Part shown: positions 1-13,647 of the stretch, in pieces
Position numbering within the stretch: the first letter of the stretch is position 1
How the letters are laid out: each line of letters opens with the position of its first letter
Source: Monocercomonoides exilis PA203
Taxonomy: Eukaryota; Protista; Preaxostyla
Reading direction: 5' to 3'
Assembly: GCA_001643675.2 (NCBI GenBank)
Contig: LSRY02000065.1
Span: 62,001 to 126,000 of the forward strand
DNA: 64,000 nucleotides
Notes under the pieces: model-generated
The model's database searches: none
Told to the model about the DNA's origin: nothing
The model's input: the letters and a program-made list of their open reading frames with translations, nothing else
Program-made: the position numbers and the translations under genes

Positions 1-2199
1 AGAATGTGCATTCATCCATTATCATATTTTCATCGTATGATTCGAATTCAAACGTTTTGAAAGAATCTATATTTTAAGATTTTGAGATTTCTTCATTCGA
101 AGATTTTCTTCGACTATAAAAAGCAGCGAACAAAACAATAATTGTTCCTCTGTCAATGATAGAGATGCAATTGAACTCAGTCGAGCGAAAACAGATAAAC
201 ATAAATTGTGTCTTATTGATTCCTATTTAGATAACTGCCGATGTTATCACTTTGATAATGGTGTCGGAGGCGCAATTATACATGGAATTGCACAAATCAT
301 ATAAAACTTTCAAATAGTCTATTTTTCAATAAGAATTCAATGCACATAGGAGGTACAATTTGTTTTCAAATTAATAGTTTCAATTACAAAACATTGTTTA
401 ATTACTGTTTTTTCTTCAATAGTACACACATTGCATGGTCACGATATTGCTATCCATAATTCGACATCAAACAACATTGATTCCACCTTCAATTCCGCCA
501 GCAAACACCAAACACAGTCAGCTCAAATTACAACTCATCTGTTGATAAAAGCGAATAACTTTTTGATGAAGGTGGAAGAATTGGATTTGTTCATTCAACT
601 GATTCACACCCAAATGTCATTGATACATGCACATGTGGACTTGATAAAAACTATCCATGACGCACGATAGCTATTGTTTGACTCAACTGACTTCAGGCTT
701 TGAAATTGATATCGAAATACTCACAGGAAAGATGACAGAGTCCAAGAATGTGGACTGCAGTTCCAACACTTACACAATTTATGGCCAAAGTGATTTGAGC
801 ACAGAAATCCTAACATAATTTGAAGTATCTGGGCTGTCTCAATTTTCAGTTTCAACAAATGTATTGACTGTCAGGAACCTTGCTCTTGTGCACAGCTTGG
901 AAAATGCAGATAATTGCTTCTCAAAGCAATTTGAGATAAGCAGTGCAGGAGATATACATATAGGGCTACACTTTTACTCTGACCTATATTTTTACTCCCA
1001 CCTTTTTTTTGTGGAGCTGGCTACGGCGTAATACAAGCTTGATGCCAACAAAGAATAACTAGAAATGCTTATTAAAATTATTTAACTTAAACAGAAAAAA
1101 TTTTTTTCGAATTATTTTTTTACTAAGAGATCTCGGTATTTTTTAATTTTATTTTTCGATCATTGAATTGATGGTCTTTCCATGAATATAACATTCTGGA
1201 AGTTTTAAGCTACACCATCATTACACATCTTATCCTTTTTATTTCTTTGATAACTTTTCACATTTCACAAGTTTCTTTTTTACCTGTTTTCTCATTTCAT
1301 CGACTTTTCGAAAAAATGCAATTTTTGATTGGTTAAAAGACAATTTTTTAATTTTATAAGCTGTCTCTTATTTTAAACTCAATAAATTATTGCAAGCTCA
1401 CAAAATATTTTGCAGAAAATATTTTACTGGCCGAAAAAATCAAAACTTCCGAAATTGATGTTTTTCATTTTTCTATATAAAATCAAATTTGTAAAACTTT
1501 TTAGAATATCAACATAATTAACATTCTATCATATATTAAGAATAATCTTTATAATTTTTTCAAAAATTCATCATTCCTTATGAAATTGCATTTTTTCGAA
1601 AAGTCGATGAAATGAGAAAACAGGTAAAAAAGAAACTTGTGAAATGTGAAAAGTTATCAAAGAAATAAAAAGGATAAGATGTGTAATGATGGTGTAGCTT
1701 AAAACTTCCAGAATGTTATATTCATGGAAAGACCATCAATTCAATGATCGAAAAATAAAATTAAAAAATACCGAGATCTCTTAGTAAAAAAATAATTCGA
1801 AAAAAATTTTTTCTGTTTAAGTTAAATAATTTTAATAAGCATTTCTAGTTATTCTTTGTTGGCATCAAGCTTGTATTACGCCGTAGCCAGCTCCACAAAA
1901 AAAAGGTGGTGGTAAAAAAAAGGGTCAGAGGACCTAGTGTAACCCTTAGCAGAATGAACGTATCTGCTAGAAGCGGACACTCAACGGAAACGGAATTTTC
2001 GACAGAACTGACAAATGTTCAGGGTGGAATATTGCAAATGGAAAGCGTGTACTGTGTCCAGGCATACTCTACTGCTTCGATGATTATGCTTTCTTCGACA
2101 AATGAAATTTCATCTGCGATTTCCGGCTGTGCTTTTGAAGGGATAGAAAGAACAATAATGAGTCATTTAATGGTAATTGGATTAGAAAGAAAAAGATGA
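1..2199 (+). pseudogene. Degraded adhesin-like/beta-helix repeat family gene, split by the foldback insertion at 963-1945
   Basis: Fragmentary frames (e.g. GVGGAI, FFNST.HGHDIAIHN) with many stops and frameshifts. The frame ...FEISSAGDIHI (to ~960) resumes as SRMNVSARSGHSTETEFSTELTNVQGGILQMESV after 1946. Similar in character to the fragment at 17701. Confidence 0.5.
963..1945. mobile_element. Foldback non-autonomous DNA element (~983 bp)
   Basis: Inverted arms 998-1324 and 1583-1909 (327 bp each, no mismatch seen). Degenerate outer termini GGGCTACACT... and ...AGTGTAACCC. TA on the left flank, TTA on the right. Confidence 0.85.
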
Positions 2200-2429
2200 A
2201 CGCACAGAATCACTAGTCAAATCAGATGATAAATGAGAAGAAACTCTATTTTTACAACAATTGATTGGAGTATCGAGTCTGATCGGAGTGTTCCTCTCAA
2301 AGAAACCAGGAGCCTAGAAGAGTAAAATGCACAAAATCGGAAGACAAAGTTTCAGAATGTGATACGGCAGTTCCTGCGCAGCGCAGAAGAAAATAGTTTC
2401 AACGAAAATATCAATTCCTGCAAATAGAA

Positions 2430-5400
2430 AAATTATAAACTCATTGGAATGCTTGCAAAGACGACGGTGAAGAAACACAAAACTTCACTGCATTCATCCT
2501 CAAAGAATCCCACTTGTCCACAAGCACGCAATGCGAAACTGAAAGCATTTCAATCGTGTTTTTCCAGTTGCACAACCTCATCAATTACTGCGTTGTCATA
2601 TATTGCATCTGTCAACATGCCTGCTCAAAAATGAAAAAATTCCCCATCTGACTCCAAACATCCTTATCATATTCTCGTTCATTTTCGCTCAACATTTTCT
2701 TCTCATTAATCTCTTCCAAAATCGCATTCGTTTCCATTTGATTTTTCTCTTCCAGATGGAAAATTAACCTTCTGCTGATTTGGAAAATATGGAGGAATCG
2801 CAAACTATTCCTCCTCCTTCCTCTGCCTCTTCTTTCTCCTCCATTGCTGCAAGCTCCACCAGCATCCACACCATTTGGAGCAACTCTAGCCGCTCATAAT
2901 TCTTTGCCACAATCGATGGCACAATTTCAGCCAGTCGCTTCAACCAGATCTCAACATCTGCACCCACCGACACCCACGAAAGCACTCGCACTCTGTCGTC
3001 CAGCTCTGGTTCAGCAGCGCAAAGTGATGACTCACCTTCTTCACAACTGCTCTGTTCTCAGACACATTCAGAGGCGCTCACCGGTCAGCAGCATCGTCCA
3101 CATCCGGCAGCTGCTGGCACAGCGCAAAGAAGTCGTTGCGCTGGTACATCTCAAGCACAGACGCAAATGATGGTAAAAGGCACCCAAACAACCGCAACAC
3201 GTTCAAGCAGACCTGAAGCTGCTGCACTGGATATGTCTGGACTTCGCGCAAGAAGAAGAAATTCAAACTCGGAGTATGCGATGCACATGATAACGAAGGG
3301 AACTCAGTTGATGTTTCTCAACTGCGTATCTCATCTTGCTGCACTTTTATATACAACTTACGCTTCGCTGTTTCTTCCCCTCATAAGTTCATCAAAGATT
3401 CAAGCATCATAAACGTTTCAGCCTCCCCTTTCTCCGGTTGCATCCCCACAATCAACACAAAATGTCACAATGTCCTCTTGCGCAACTTCCCTTCAAACAC
3501 CGTGTTGATGCATTTCCTGCAAAACCGAAACAAAGCCATCAGGAAGTTCTCGCTCTCCTCCATCGACTGCTGAGACAGCATTTCTCAATTCTACAATGGG
3601 TTGAAGAACAGGAAGAACGACAGCTCGTCTCCTGTGAACTCATCCTGCACAAACTTCCCAAACAGCCACATTGCCACAAAGTCCTTCCGGAACAGCTCAT
3701 CATCGTAGGAAATCGCTCATCGTGCAGCCTTGCTCTTCTTCTCCTCTGAGTTCTTTTCCGTAAAATATATGAACACATAGTTCACCAACTCCCACACACA
3801 CACACCTCCGCCCCTGACCGGGTCTGTCTCGGCTTTATCTCCGTAAATCCCCCGAATCTTCTGAATCGTTCTCGCGAGCAACAATTCCAGCACTATCTTC
3901 AACAGTTTCGGTAGACGCTGCATCGACACAGATCACAGCCGCGCGGGAGGAATGAACAGAACATTCGCAGTTTCATACGCAACCTTCCACAGAAACCCAA
4001 ACGCTTTTCTCATTAACCGCTCCATTTCTGTCCACGCTTCTAGCAAAGATTCACCACATGTTCCAGACAACCCTGCCCCCGATCCACCAGTCGAAGTCGC
4101 TGGCCACTCCGAGTCTTCACGGTCAATTCGATCAATCTTCTGCTTATGATGCATATACATCCGCTGCACAACACTCGTTTTCACTTCCCATTTAATTGCA
4201 CTTGTTGGAAGTTTGGAAGAAATCCAGTCCTCCTAGTCCCTCTTCTGATCGAAGTGCAGAAACAGGGGAATCTCATACAGTTATCTCGTATTTCTTTCTT
4301 CTGCAATTTCACACTCTTCTCCTCCGAATCCCCGACCCCACCAAAGTTCCCGCATTCCATCTTCTCTTTCAGCTCCTTCGCATTCTCAGTCAGATGCTCT
4401 TCTGTCTCTTCATGTGTGGTCTTCATTTTCCTCTGCTCATCTTTAAATTCTTGAATCGTTTGATTTATCCAGTAAAAAAGGATATCCCCACTTTCACATC
4501 AAACCCCTTTCAAGTTCCGGTCTCACCCAAGCATCGCAACACCACTGTTACCGATGTTCACTGCAAACTTCTACTGTTTTTGTTCATACAGTTCAAATAG
4601 AATAAACGAAAGCGAAGATGGAACAATCAAGTGACACAGAGAGACAATAAAGAAAGTGTGGCAAGAATATTTCTTTTCACAGCCAGCTATATCTCGCTTT
4701 TCCCATTCACCAACCCCCCCTGCATTTCTTCGTCAAGCGCTTCTTCTCCTTTTCAATACTCACATCAATCAGCTTCGCCTTCTCCTTCATCGCCACCAGC
4801 TGCTCCTTCACTTCCTTCACCTCTGAATTGGACTTCTCGCTCGGATCCAGGTTCTTCCTCTGGTTCGTCCATATAATCTTCTCCTTCTCCTGCAGCTTTT
4901 CTGCAGAATTCGCTCACTTTGTTCGAAATCTGCTCTTCGTCAAAAAAAAAGTTTTTTTTGCTCGTTCAACGTTGAACTCTGAATACCTCCTCCTCCTTCT
5001 TCTCCAACTCCTTCACCTCTTCTCGTTTCATCGAGCACATCAAGAGACAGAACCACATTCCCCATCCTTTTCCACTCTGACTCCAGTCTTTTCTCCACAA
5101 TCGTCCTCTTTTTGCACACTGCAACCCCTCACCGCATCACTTCATCGAACAGGTTCACTGCTGCATGCCTCTTCCTTGGAGATCGCAAAAACAGCCGCGC
5201 TATCGCCGACGGAAGCAGCGATGTGCCAAACCGATTGAAAATCGAGGGAATCTCATTCACATCCTCCTCCACAAAGATCAGCTTACTACCAGACTTCGTG
5301 CTCACCAACGCTGAAAACAAAGGAAGAAGCTCAACCAGCGGAATCGAAAGCATCGCCGAAAGCGCAAAATCGGAAACACATTCAACACCTAAATGCAGAG

Positions 5401-5682
5401 CAGTCCTCTGCTCCACTGCAAAACACATGAAGCACACTAGGCGATAGGGGTGACAGGATCAGCATTAGCTGCGGCAGCGACAGAGGTATATACGGTGCTC
5501 ACACCACAGCCTTCTCGACATATTACCCATCGCTGCATCCGACAGGTTTTATGCAGCCACTGCGGATGCATTAGACAAATTAATAGCAAGCACCTTTTTT
5601 GGCGAATACTTATCTCATTCTTCTTCTTTTCTTGGGACATCGTGAAGGGAAGAATGCATAAACTACACGCGCGCTGCTCCAA
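2430..5682 (-). pseudogene. Long degraded helical/coiled-coil protein gene, function unknown
   Basis: Successive minus-strand ORF pieces (5129-5437, 4181-4426, 3933-4184, 3717-3929, 3078-3266, 2764-2991, 2612-2869) read as protein-like across scattered stops, e.g. ELVNYVFIYFTEK...WLFGKFVQDEFTGDELSFFLF. May be more than one gene. Confidence 0.4.
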
Positions 5683-6299
5683 TCGAAGAAAACGATAAAA
5701 GTTAAAGCAAACTTAGAGAATTTAAAACTGTTATCACAGTAATACTGCAATTTGTTAAGTATTAATTTTCATTCCTTTGTTGTCTCATTTTCAAAGACAA
5801 ATTAGAACTCAGAATTTCGACATTAATTGTGTTATTTTTTGCTTGAATGCCTTTCAATCATCAATTGCTTTATTGTCATAATACAAATGAGTTTTTAAAA
5901 AATTGGTTTTGTTCACTTTTCGTTTCATTGAAAGCCTCAAAGTTGAAAAGTTCAAAAAAAAGCTATTTCAATATCAACGGATATGAAGCTAATAAAATAC
6001 ATATTCATTTGCTCAATGAGGCTATATTGATAAATATCGTTGTTATTTAAATTAAAGGTTTGAAAAAATCATTGTATTGAAATAGGCAAAAGGAAAAACT
6101 TATAATTTACGTGTTTCAGTTAAACAACAATAATAAACAATAAAATTCTTTAATAATTATGTTAGTCAGTTTGTGTTAACAAAGAATATTGTAAATAATA
6201 AAACTCCAAACTCTTCCATAGAGAAAAAAAGAGTGCATTAATTGAATATGAATAAATTACGGTAAACAAACAAATCGATCTGATTTTTTGTGGGAAAGA

Positions 6300-7327
6300 T
6301 CAGGCTAAAAAAAAGTGATTTTTCAAAAATTTTCACCCAAATACTCCTTTTTATCATACAAAAGCAAAATTTGAACTTATTTTACAAACTGTTTTGTAAT
6401 TTCACTTAGACATGCAGCAGCTTCAAGCTAGATCTCAACAGGTCTCGACGAAAAAATCAAGGGGGAAATTTTCACAATTTGCAAACAAGCTTGACTCACG
6501 GAATTCCGCTCGAAACAAGAAAAATAAGGAGGTGTTGGAAAGGTTGTTGAATTGTATGAGTGTTTGTTGCGGAAAAGAAAGTATCATAGGGGCAGATTTA
6601 AAAAGCTGGTTTGGATGTTTGGTATCTATGAAAAAAATCCTTTTCGAAATAAAACATTTATAATTCCAGTGAAAAAAAGGGATTCAAACTCTCTACTCAA
6701 TATAATAACAAAAACCGTTGAGCCGGGGACAATGATATATTCAGATTGTTGGAAAGCCTACTCAAAGTTGCAGGAGCTTGGTTTTGGGCATGAAACAGTT
6801 GATCACAGAAAGGAATTTAAAAAATTTAATAATAAACTGTCATACAAATAACAACGAAGCTGTCTGGAGGGGGTTGAGAAGGTATTTGCCACCAAATGGA
6901 ACAAGTCTGCGTCACATTTAAGATTACATTGCTGCATTTATATTGCTTAAAATAGAGAAAATTTCAATGCTGAAATTATTTGTAATTGGATTTGAATACA
7001 ATCCAGAGAGATATGAGAAAACATTCAATGAGGTTGAAAAAATAAGTGAAGATTAAACCGAAACAGCAACGAGCAGCATTTCATCCGTTTGAATCGATGA
7101 CACAGATGCAACAGTTTATTCGATTTAGAAAAAAACGGAAGATGATGGAGAAAAAGCATCCAGTTGGGAAGAATCTGATTCAATTTCATTATTTGAGCTT
7201 TAATTTGTTTGTGTAAAATTATTCATTTCAAAGTTCATTGAAAAATTCGAAAACTTTAAATTTTCATATTTTATAAAGGGTTTGATCAAAAAGGATGCCA
7301 TGATCGGAAGTTATGCCATTTTTTAAA
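6300..7327 (+). mobile_element. Merlin/IS1595(ISXO2)-like transposase pseudogene
   Basis: Motifs KIGGVGKVVE, RKRKYHRGR..KLVWMFGIYE, EPGTMIYSDCWKAY, HETVDH, TNT.EAVW.GLR, plus an acidic tail. Frameshifted, and the left TIR was not found. Confidence 0.8.
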
Positions 7328-7800
7328 ATCATAATCATTGATTTGAATAAATATTTTCATACCAAAATTCTTTTCTGATCTGGACATCTCCAGAAATGCA
7401 CCAGTGCATTCATAAGCATTACACGCTCTCATTCTATTTACAGCAATAATTTCTCAAATTTTTCGAAACTGTTAGTTTCTAAACGAAATAAAAGGTAAAA
7501 AGAAACACAGTTGATTATCTCACAAATGAAATGGTAACAAACACAAATTCAATAGTCTAACTTTATAAAAATAAGTGTGAAAAAAGAATGTTCACTGAAT
7601 CCAATGATCTTTGTTGGAATATGCTGGAAAAGAAAATGTTTTGTTTTTATTTGATCAAATTAATAGGAAATCAAAAAGAAAAAAATAAATATTTTTTTTA
7701 ACGTTTAATAATACTTGTCTCATTTCAATTTGATTTGGAACTGTGCAAATTATATGCATGGAAATGGAATTTGACTGAAGAGAGAATGAAAGCAATCAAA

Positions 7801-9183
7801 GGCATTCGTCGATTAGATCGATACCAAAAAATAATCAAATTTTTGGATTTCTTTTTGATAGAAATAACAAATAAGAAATTATAAATGTGTTATATGGCAT
7901 TTGAGTTTTAAAATAAGGGTTTGAAGCGGGAAAAGGAGTAATATAAAAAACTATTCACGGGATGTATTCCTTATCTTTTTCATCAGTATGATCGCAAACA
8001 GAAGATCTGTCAGATGATATTTCTTCTGTTGCTGTAAAAGAAGAATCATCATCTCCGTCAGATTCTTCTGATTCTTCGTTACTAAATTCGATCGGAGTTC
8101 CCATTTTTTTTTATTTTCCACTTCTTTATAAAAATACATGCCCTCCGCAAATTCAGAAAATTCCATTGATATTCTTTTTGTTGATATAAATTCTGCTATT
8201 ATATCGTCTATGCATCTATTTTGAATTCCACACGAAGGGAGAAATTTCCGAAATTCACTCCAAACAGCTTCAATAGTATTTGTTCACACGCCTTTTTCAG
8301 TTTTGTATCTGTATTTATTGCATAATGTGTGATGATCGAATCCCAATGATTTCAATGAAGCATAAGCCTTCCATTCGTAGGAGTAAATTGTGGAACCTGG
8401 GGTTACGTTTGTCATTATTAATGGTAATAATTGTTCTTTTTTTCTATTCTTAACTCTTATAATGATGAAATTTCCTTGTCCCCCTACAGTTTTTTTTTTC
8501 GACCATGCCAAAAAGCCAAATTTGCTTTTTTCTTCTTCCACTGTGATATTTTCTTCGTCTGAGCAGCATTTCATCGATTTCGACAATCTGTCCATCTTTT
8601 CCAAGATGTTCAAAATTTTGACACAGGTTTATAACTCGAACTTATGATGATAAAATGATGAAACATGAAACTATTTCTTTATTGGCATTAAGTCACTTGC
8701 AAATATGCTTTTTTTTAATCGAATGAATATGAAGGCAGCAAAAGCAATAATTTTGAAATTCCCAATCTGGAATTTTTCATATGTGAATCAGCGAACACTG
8801 TTTTTCTGGATTTGCAATTTTGGCACCGAAAAATTCTGTCTTGAACAGAATCCTTTGCAAAATACATAATTGATCCGCATTTCTCGCACTCCTTCTTTTT
8901 GTCCGGTAAAATTTGTAACCTAAACCTGTCCCAGTAAATTTCTTCGTTATGAAACATTGAAAAATAAGATGAGATCTCCCTCTTTTCCTCCATTAAACAA
9001 TTGTATTTAATGATCATTATCCCTTTTATTAAAAATTTTCTCTTAATTTTTGATAATAAAAATAGAAATAGATCCTAGATTTTCACGTTGTGACATTGTT
9101 CATATTAATAATGGATTTCATTTGATGCAAAAATAATGTTGACTTATCAATTTTTTAGGGTGTCGATCTAATCGACTATTACC
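7801..9183 (-). mobile_element. Full-length Merlin DNA transposon with a decayed transposase
   Basis: 25-bp TIRs GGCATTCGTCGATTAGATCGATACC (7801) and rc GGTAATAGTCGATTAGATCGACACC (ends 9183). Perfect 8-bp TSD CAATCAAA (7793-7800 and 9184-9191). Minus-strand Zn ribbon CEKCGS..FRCQNC, TPGSTIYSYEWKAY, NTIEAVWSEFR. Confidence 0.92.
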
Positions 9184-9599
9184 CAATCAAACAGCCAAAT
9201 TCTCAAATAACAGAAAAGAATTATTGATTCTTTTTGAGAAGTGAATAAAGTCCGAAGGCAGGAACACAGATTATTTGTTCGTCAAGCATTTCATATCAGT
9301 CATTTTCTTGTCCGACCTTTATTTCCAAGATGACTCATAAGATTATTGAAAATGAAGGAATTGATGAAAAAAAAATCTTAAAGAATTGGCAAAGCAAAGC
9401 AAATAAAAGACAAAAGGCAGAAAGGCATGGCAGAATGGTTTCATCTCGAAATGGGAAAATAACAAGAATGTACAAAGGCTATCTCCACCATCAAATATGC
9501 AGAGTTTCATGATTGGTGGTGCATCAGCAATAACTGGATGAAGCATTTTTCTTTCAGGTTTATCAAACACTTTTCACTTGAAAAAAACCATTTTATTTC

Positions 9600-10200
9600 A
9601 ATTGAATGATGATTGAATGAGAAAAACAAAAAATACTATCTCCGATAGCAGCATTCAAGATGAAATCAAACAAATTACACTATTCTTCTTTTTTTCAAAA
9701 AAACCAGAAGAAATAAATCTGACGATTCATCTGCTGCACAAAATGAAGGAAGAGAGAGAAAGACATTCTGATTCTTTGTCCAATACTTCCTTTTGCACAA
9801 ATCCAATCTTCTTTGAGCCAATCAGAAACTCTTCTTTCAACTTCACTGGACACATCTTGATACAAGAACATTTAAAAAATGAATGTACAACACTTTTTAT
9901 CATCTCCTCAATCCTTTTGTTTAAGAAACGGAGCAATCTTTTCAAGAAATCCCCACCTTTTTCAGCCATTTCTCATCCGATTCTCTCAAAAAGCCTCATC
10001 TGCAACATTGTTATCTTCGATGAGCACATTTTCTGTTTCTCTTTGTTTTTCGATTTTAATGACGAAATCACAATTATCCAATTATCATTCACAACCAAAA
10101 CCATTCGTACTTGCATCGTCGTGTCCTATTTAAATTCTTCTGTTGGAAACACCAATCGAAAGAAGTCTTTTGGTCTGAACAAGATTTCTACAGACATTTA
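9600..10200 (-). mobile_element. Possible tyrosine-recombinase (DIRS-like) relic
   Basis: Degenerate frame SSKITMLQMRLFERIG.EMA...KCSCIKMCPVKLKEEFL loosely resembles the YR motifs K..MLL....R.SEL and ICPV.AL..YL. Heavily decayed. Confidence 0.25.
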
Positions 10201-10228
10201 TGAAGATTGAATGAAGGTTTTATGCGCA

Positions 10229-11180
10229 ACTTCTTCTTCTTCTTCTTCTTCTCCTCCTCCTTCTCCTCCTCCTTCTCCTTCTCCTTCTCCTTCTTCTCCT
10301 TCTTCTTCTTCTGCTGCTGCTGCTGCTGGTATTCTTCCTCTTCAAGTGATCTTCCAGTTGCCTATCCACATCCACCAGGCGAGCGAACTGCAGAAAAAGA
10401 AGCAGAATTGAGGCAGATGTTGATGGTGATGAAGATGACAAAGGGAAAACATTTGATTTGGGAGGTGGAGAAAGTGAAAGTGAAAGAGGAAGGAGGAGAA
10501 GGAGGAGAAGAAGAAGTTGAAGAGTAAAAAAGATGAGGAAAATACAGAGAAAGAAATTGAGAAAATTTTGAAGAAGGGTGAGGATATGATGCAGAAGGAG
10601 ATTGTATTGCTTGTTTTGATGTTGATGGCGATGAACGAGATGATTAAGATGACGACGACGAAGAAGAAGAAGAAGAAAATTAAAAAGAATGAGAAGGAGT
10701 GCTGCGTGCAGAATATGTCTGTCGGAGAAATTGATGCTTCTGGATTGCATTTCTCCGAATGAGAATGTTCTCATTAGCTTATTTTGGAATGTATGGGAAG
10801 ACGATGATGATGATGGGCAGAAGGGATTAAATAATAAGGGAAAGATGCAGATAAAGAAGAAAGAAGAAGAGGAAGTTGAAAAAAATGAAAAGGAAGAAAA
10901 AGACGATGTACATGAAAACAATAGGAAGAAGGAGAAGAAGAATCTGAAGAAGCTGTGTGATTTGATGAAGCATGAAAAAAGAAGGCAATGAAGAAGAAAA
11001 TGAAGAAGAAGGTGAAGAGGCAGATAAAGAAGATGGTGAAGAAGTGGAAAATAAAGAAAATAAAGAAGAAGGAAAAGAAGAATGCGAAGAAAATAAATAA
11101 GAAGAAGAAGAAGAGAAGCAGAAGCAGAAGCAGAAGCAGAAGCAGAAGCAGAAGAAGAAGAAGAAGAAGAAGAAGAAAAT
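10229..11180. repeat. Low-complexity CTT/CCT then GAA/GAT/GCAGAA tracts
   Basis: (CTT)n, (CTTCTC)n, (GCT)n, (GAA)n and (GCAGAA)n runs with no continuous clean ORF. Confidence 0.75.
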
Positions 11181-11249
11181 GATGATTATGATATGGAAAG
11201 GAAAGGAAATATATTTTTCCCAACTAGAGTTGTTTCTTGGTTAAGAGAA

Positions 11250-12681
11250 ATATGCAAATACGTTTTGTTTATCTTTATCTTTTTCAATTCAATTTTTCTT
11301 CCTTTCTTCCTTTCACTCATCTCCATTCATCTTTTTCCTTCTTTCTTCAACTTCATCAGTTCAATCTTTTCTCTCCATCTCTATTTTCTCTGCAAATTCT
11401 GTTCCGCATCACACACATCAATATCGAAAATGTATATTCTTTCTCATTTTTCATTTTCTTCTTGACTTCTTCTACTGATTGCCTCAAAGCCCAACTTGTT
11501 AATGTCCGAGAACCACTTCCGGAGAATTATACATGTCGGAGAAATATTTCTCTTCGTTTGATTTTCTCCACTTTGGCTTAACCTTTCTGCTTCTTTTTCT
11601 TCTTGTCAACTTTTTTCATTTTCATCATCCAAATTCCTTCATTCCATTGATCTTTTTTGGTGTTTGCCGGAATAATTATTTCAAACATTTTCTTCTTCTT
11701 TTCTCAATTCCAACATCTGATTATTTTGCTTCTTCTCTTCAACTTTCTTCAGTATTTGTGTCGTGAAATGTGGAGTTATCTTCATAAGAAACAGCTCATC
11801 TTTTCTTTCTTCCTCTTTCTTTTATTTTAACTTTTTATCTTCATCTTTCTTTCTTTTCTGCTAAGCCAGTCCATTTTCATCTTTTAAAGTTCTTCTTTTG
11901 TCGCATTCGTTCCCGTTTCTTCTCTTCCCCTCTTTTTCATCTGATGCTCTTCCTCATGTTTTCTGCATCATATTCATTCGTTCGTCTTTTTCCCACTTTC
12001 TGCTCTTCAAATACCCATCTTTCTCCCTTTCTTTCTCCAAAGACATGATTCTCTCTCTCTCTCCCCAGAATTGTTAGGTTCTCGCTCTCTCTTCTCTTTT
12101 CTTCTTCGCCTCTTCTTTTTCAAATCCATTTTTCTTGTTCACAACTGTTTTTCCCTTGTTTTCTTTTCAATTGCTGCATCTTCTCCCCTTTTTCTCTTCT
12201 CTTTTTGGAAGCACTCCAATTTTAACTCCAACTCAAAGTCTCTAAAAGTCCATTCGTATTTCATCCATTTCTGAATATTTCACCAGAAATTGCGAATCAT
12301 GCCATCAAAGCATCAAAACGGCTGTTTCAATCAAGCAATTCTTGGAAATGACGATGACTGCAAAGAAGAAGAAGATGAGTTAATCGATGATGAAGTATGA
12401 AAAATAGATGGGAAGTCACGAATGTCATCGTTGAATGTAATCCAAACAAGAATTATCTCAAAACTTCTGGTTCTTTTGCGAAATGAAAAGAAGATTTCTT
12501 TCCATGGCACTCCTGTTCATGGACAATCTGTATTTATTCAAAGAACACCTTAAAAGAAAAATAAACGAAATAAAAAAAGTCAAACCATCTTTTTGGTATT
12601 AAAATATTTTCCCATCTCTAATGGATTGGTAATCATCAACCCAGCTGGCTTTCTTGTTCTCCAAAATTGCCTATCTTCATC

Positions 12682-12720
<39 letters not shown>

Positions 12721-13390
12721 AGAGAACCGGACAACAAATAGGTGGAATAGAATGTCATCGAAAGCAGAGAATCCCTTGTGAAGTTGGCCATGATTCCAAA
12801 TGAAAACACATATTCTCCAAATTAACTCCTTTTCAAAACCCAATTCAATGTCATATCTTTGCTGACAGCATACCTGTAGAATTCGTGCAAAATGCAAATG
12901 AGATTGTGTTGAAGCCTGTTGAGTGCTTCATTCTGCTCGCTTCCTCCATTGTCCAATCCCAAATTCCCTTTCCTTTTCCACAAAGAAAATCTTCTCCTCA
13001 ATAAGCCCATGCAGAACAAATTCTGTGCAAAAGATATGCCAAGTGCAACATATTTCCCTCGAAATGAACAAGCGGTTCAATCAAATCTTTCTGAAATTCA
13101 ACTCGCTTTTTCTGCATCTTGCTTGAATTATTTTTCTTCAAAATATGGCAGTTGGTGTTGCATCATATGTTTTGCAATATATAACCAAGTTCATATTTCA
13201 TGCAATTTTTCCCACTAATTCACTTTTTGCAAGCAATCGATGCAAACAGCCACTCGCTCCTCCATCTGCAAGCAAAATCCCTGCTCTTCTGCAGTGCCAT
13301 AACTCACATGGTTGCATTTGTGTCCGAAGGTCTAAGAAGCTCAAACATGCTCAGGCTGCTGCAAATCACCAATAAAAAATCTTCATTTAT
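11250..13390 (-). pseudogene. Degraded gene of unknown family
   Basis: Protein-like minus-strand fragments (12580-13019), an apparent intron with poly-T near 12545-12727, and a charged 3' tail. Many stops. Confidence 0.3.
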
Positions 13391-13647
13391 AAAATTATAG
13401 GTTGAGAACCCTTATTAATTGTTCGATTTGGAGATCTGTTTTTCTTCTTTTTGATTTGTTGTTTTGAATCAAAAGACAGACTGATGATCTGGAAATTTTT
13501 GAGCCATTTTTTAAAGGGCATTTTGACAAGAGTATTTTTATTTTTTGATGCGAATATTCCTTGAACATTCCAAAAATGTATTTATTATAGTTTTGGACTC
13601 ATTCTGCGGTAACGCAATCACCTTCATATGAGCAAATATTTCTGAGT

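Noticed and set aside
2260-2330. Similarity to the minus strand near 29480-29560 (..SVPLK..)
   Set aside because: The match is too short to distinguish from chance.
10220-11223. Poly-Arg, poly-Leu and poly-Lys ORFs
   Set aside because: Translation of trinucleotide and hexanucleotide repeats with no coherent gene model.
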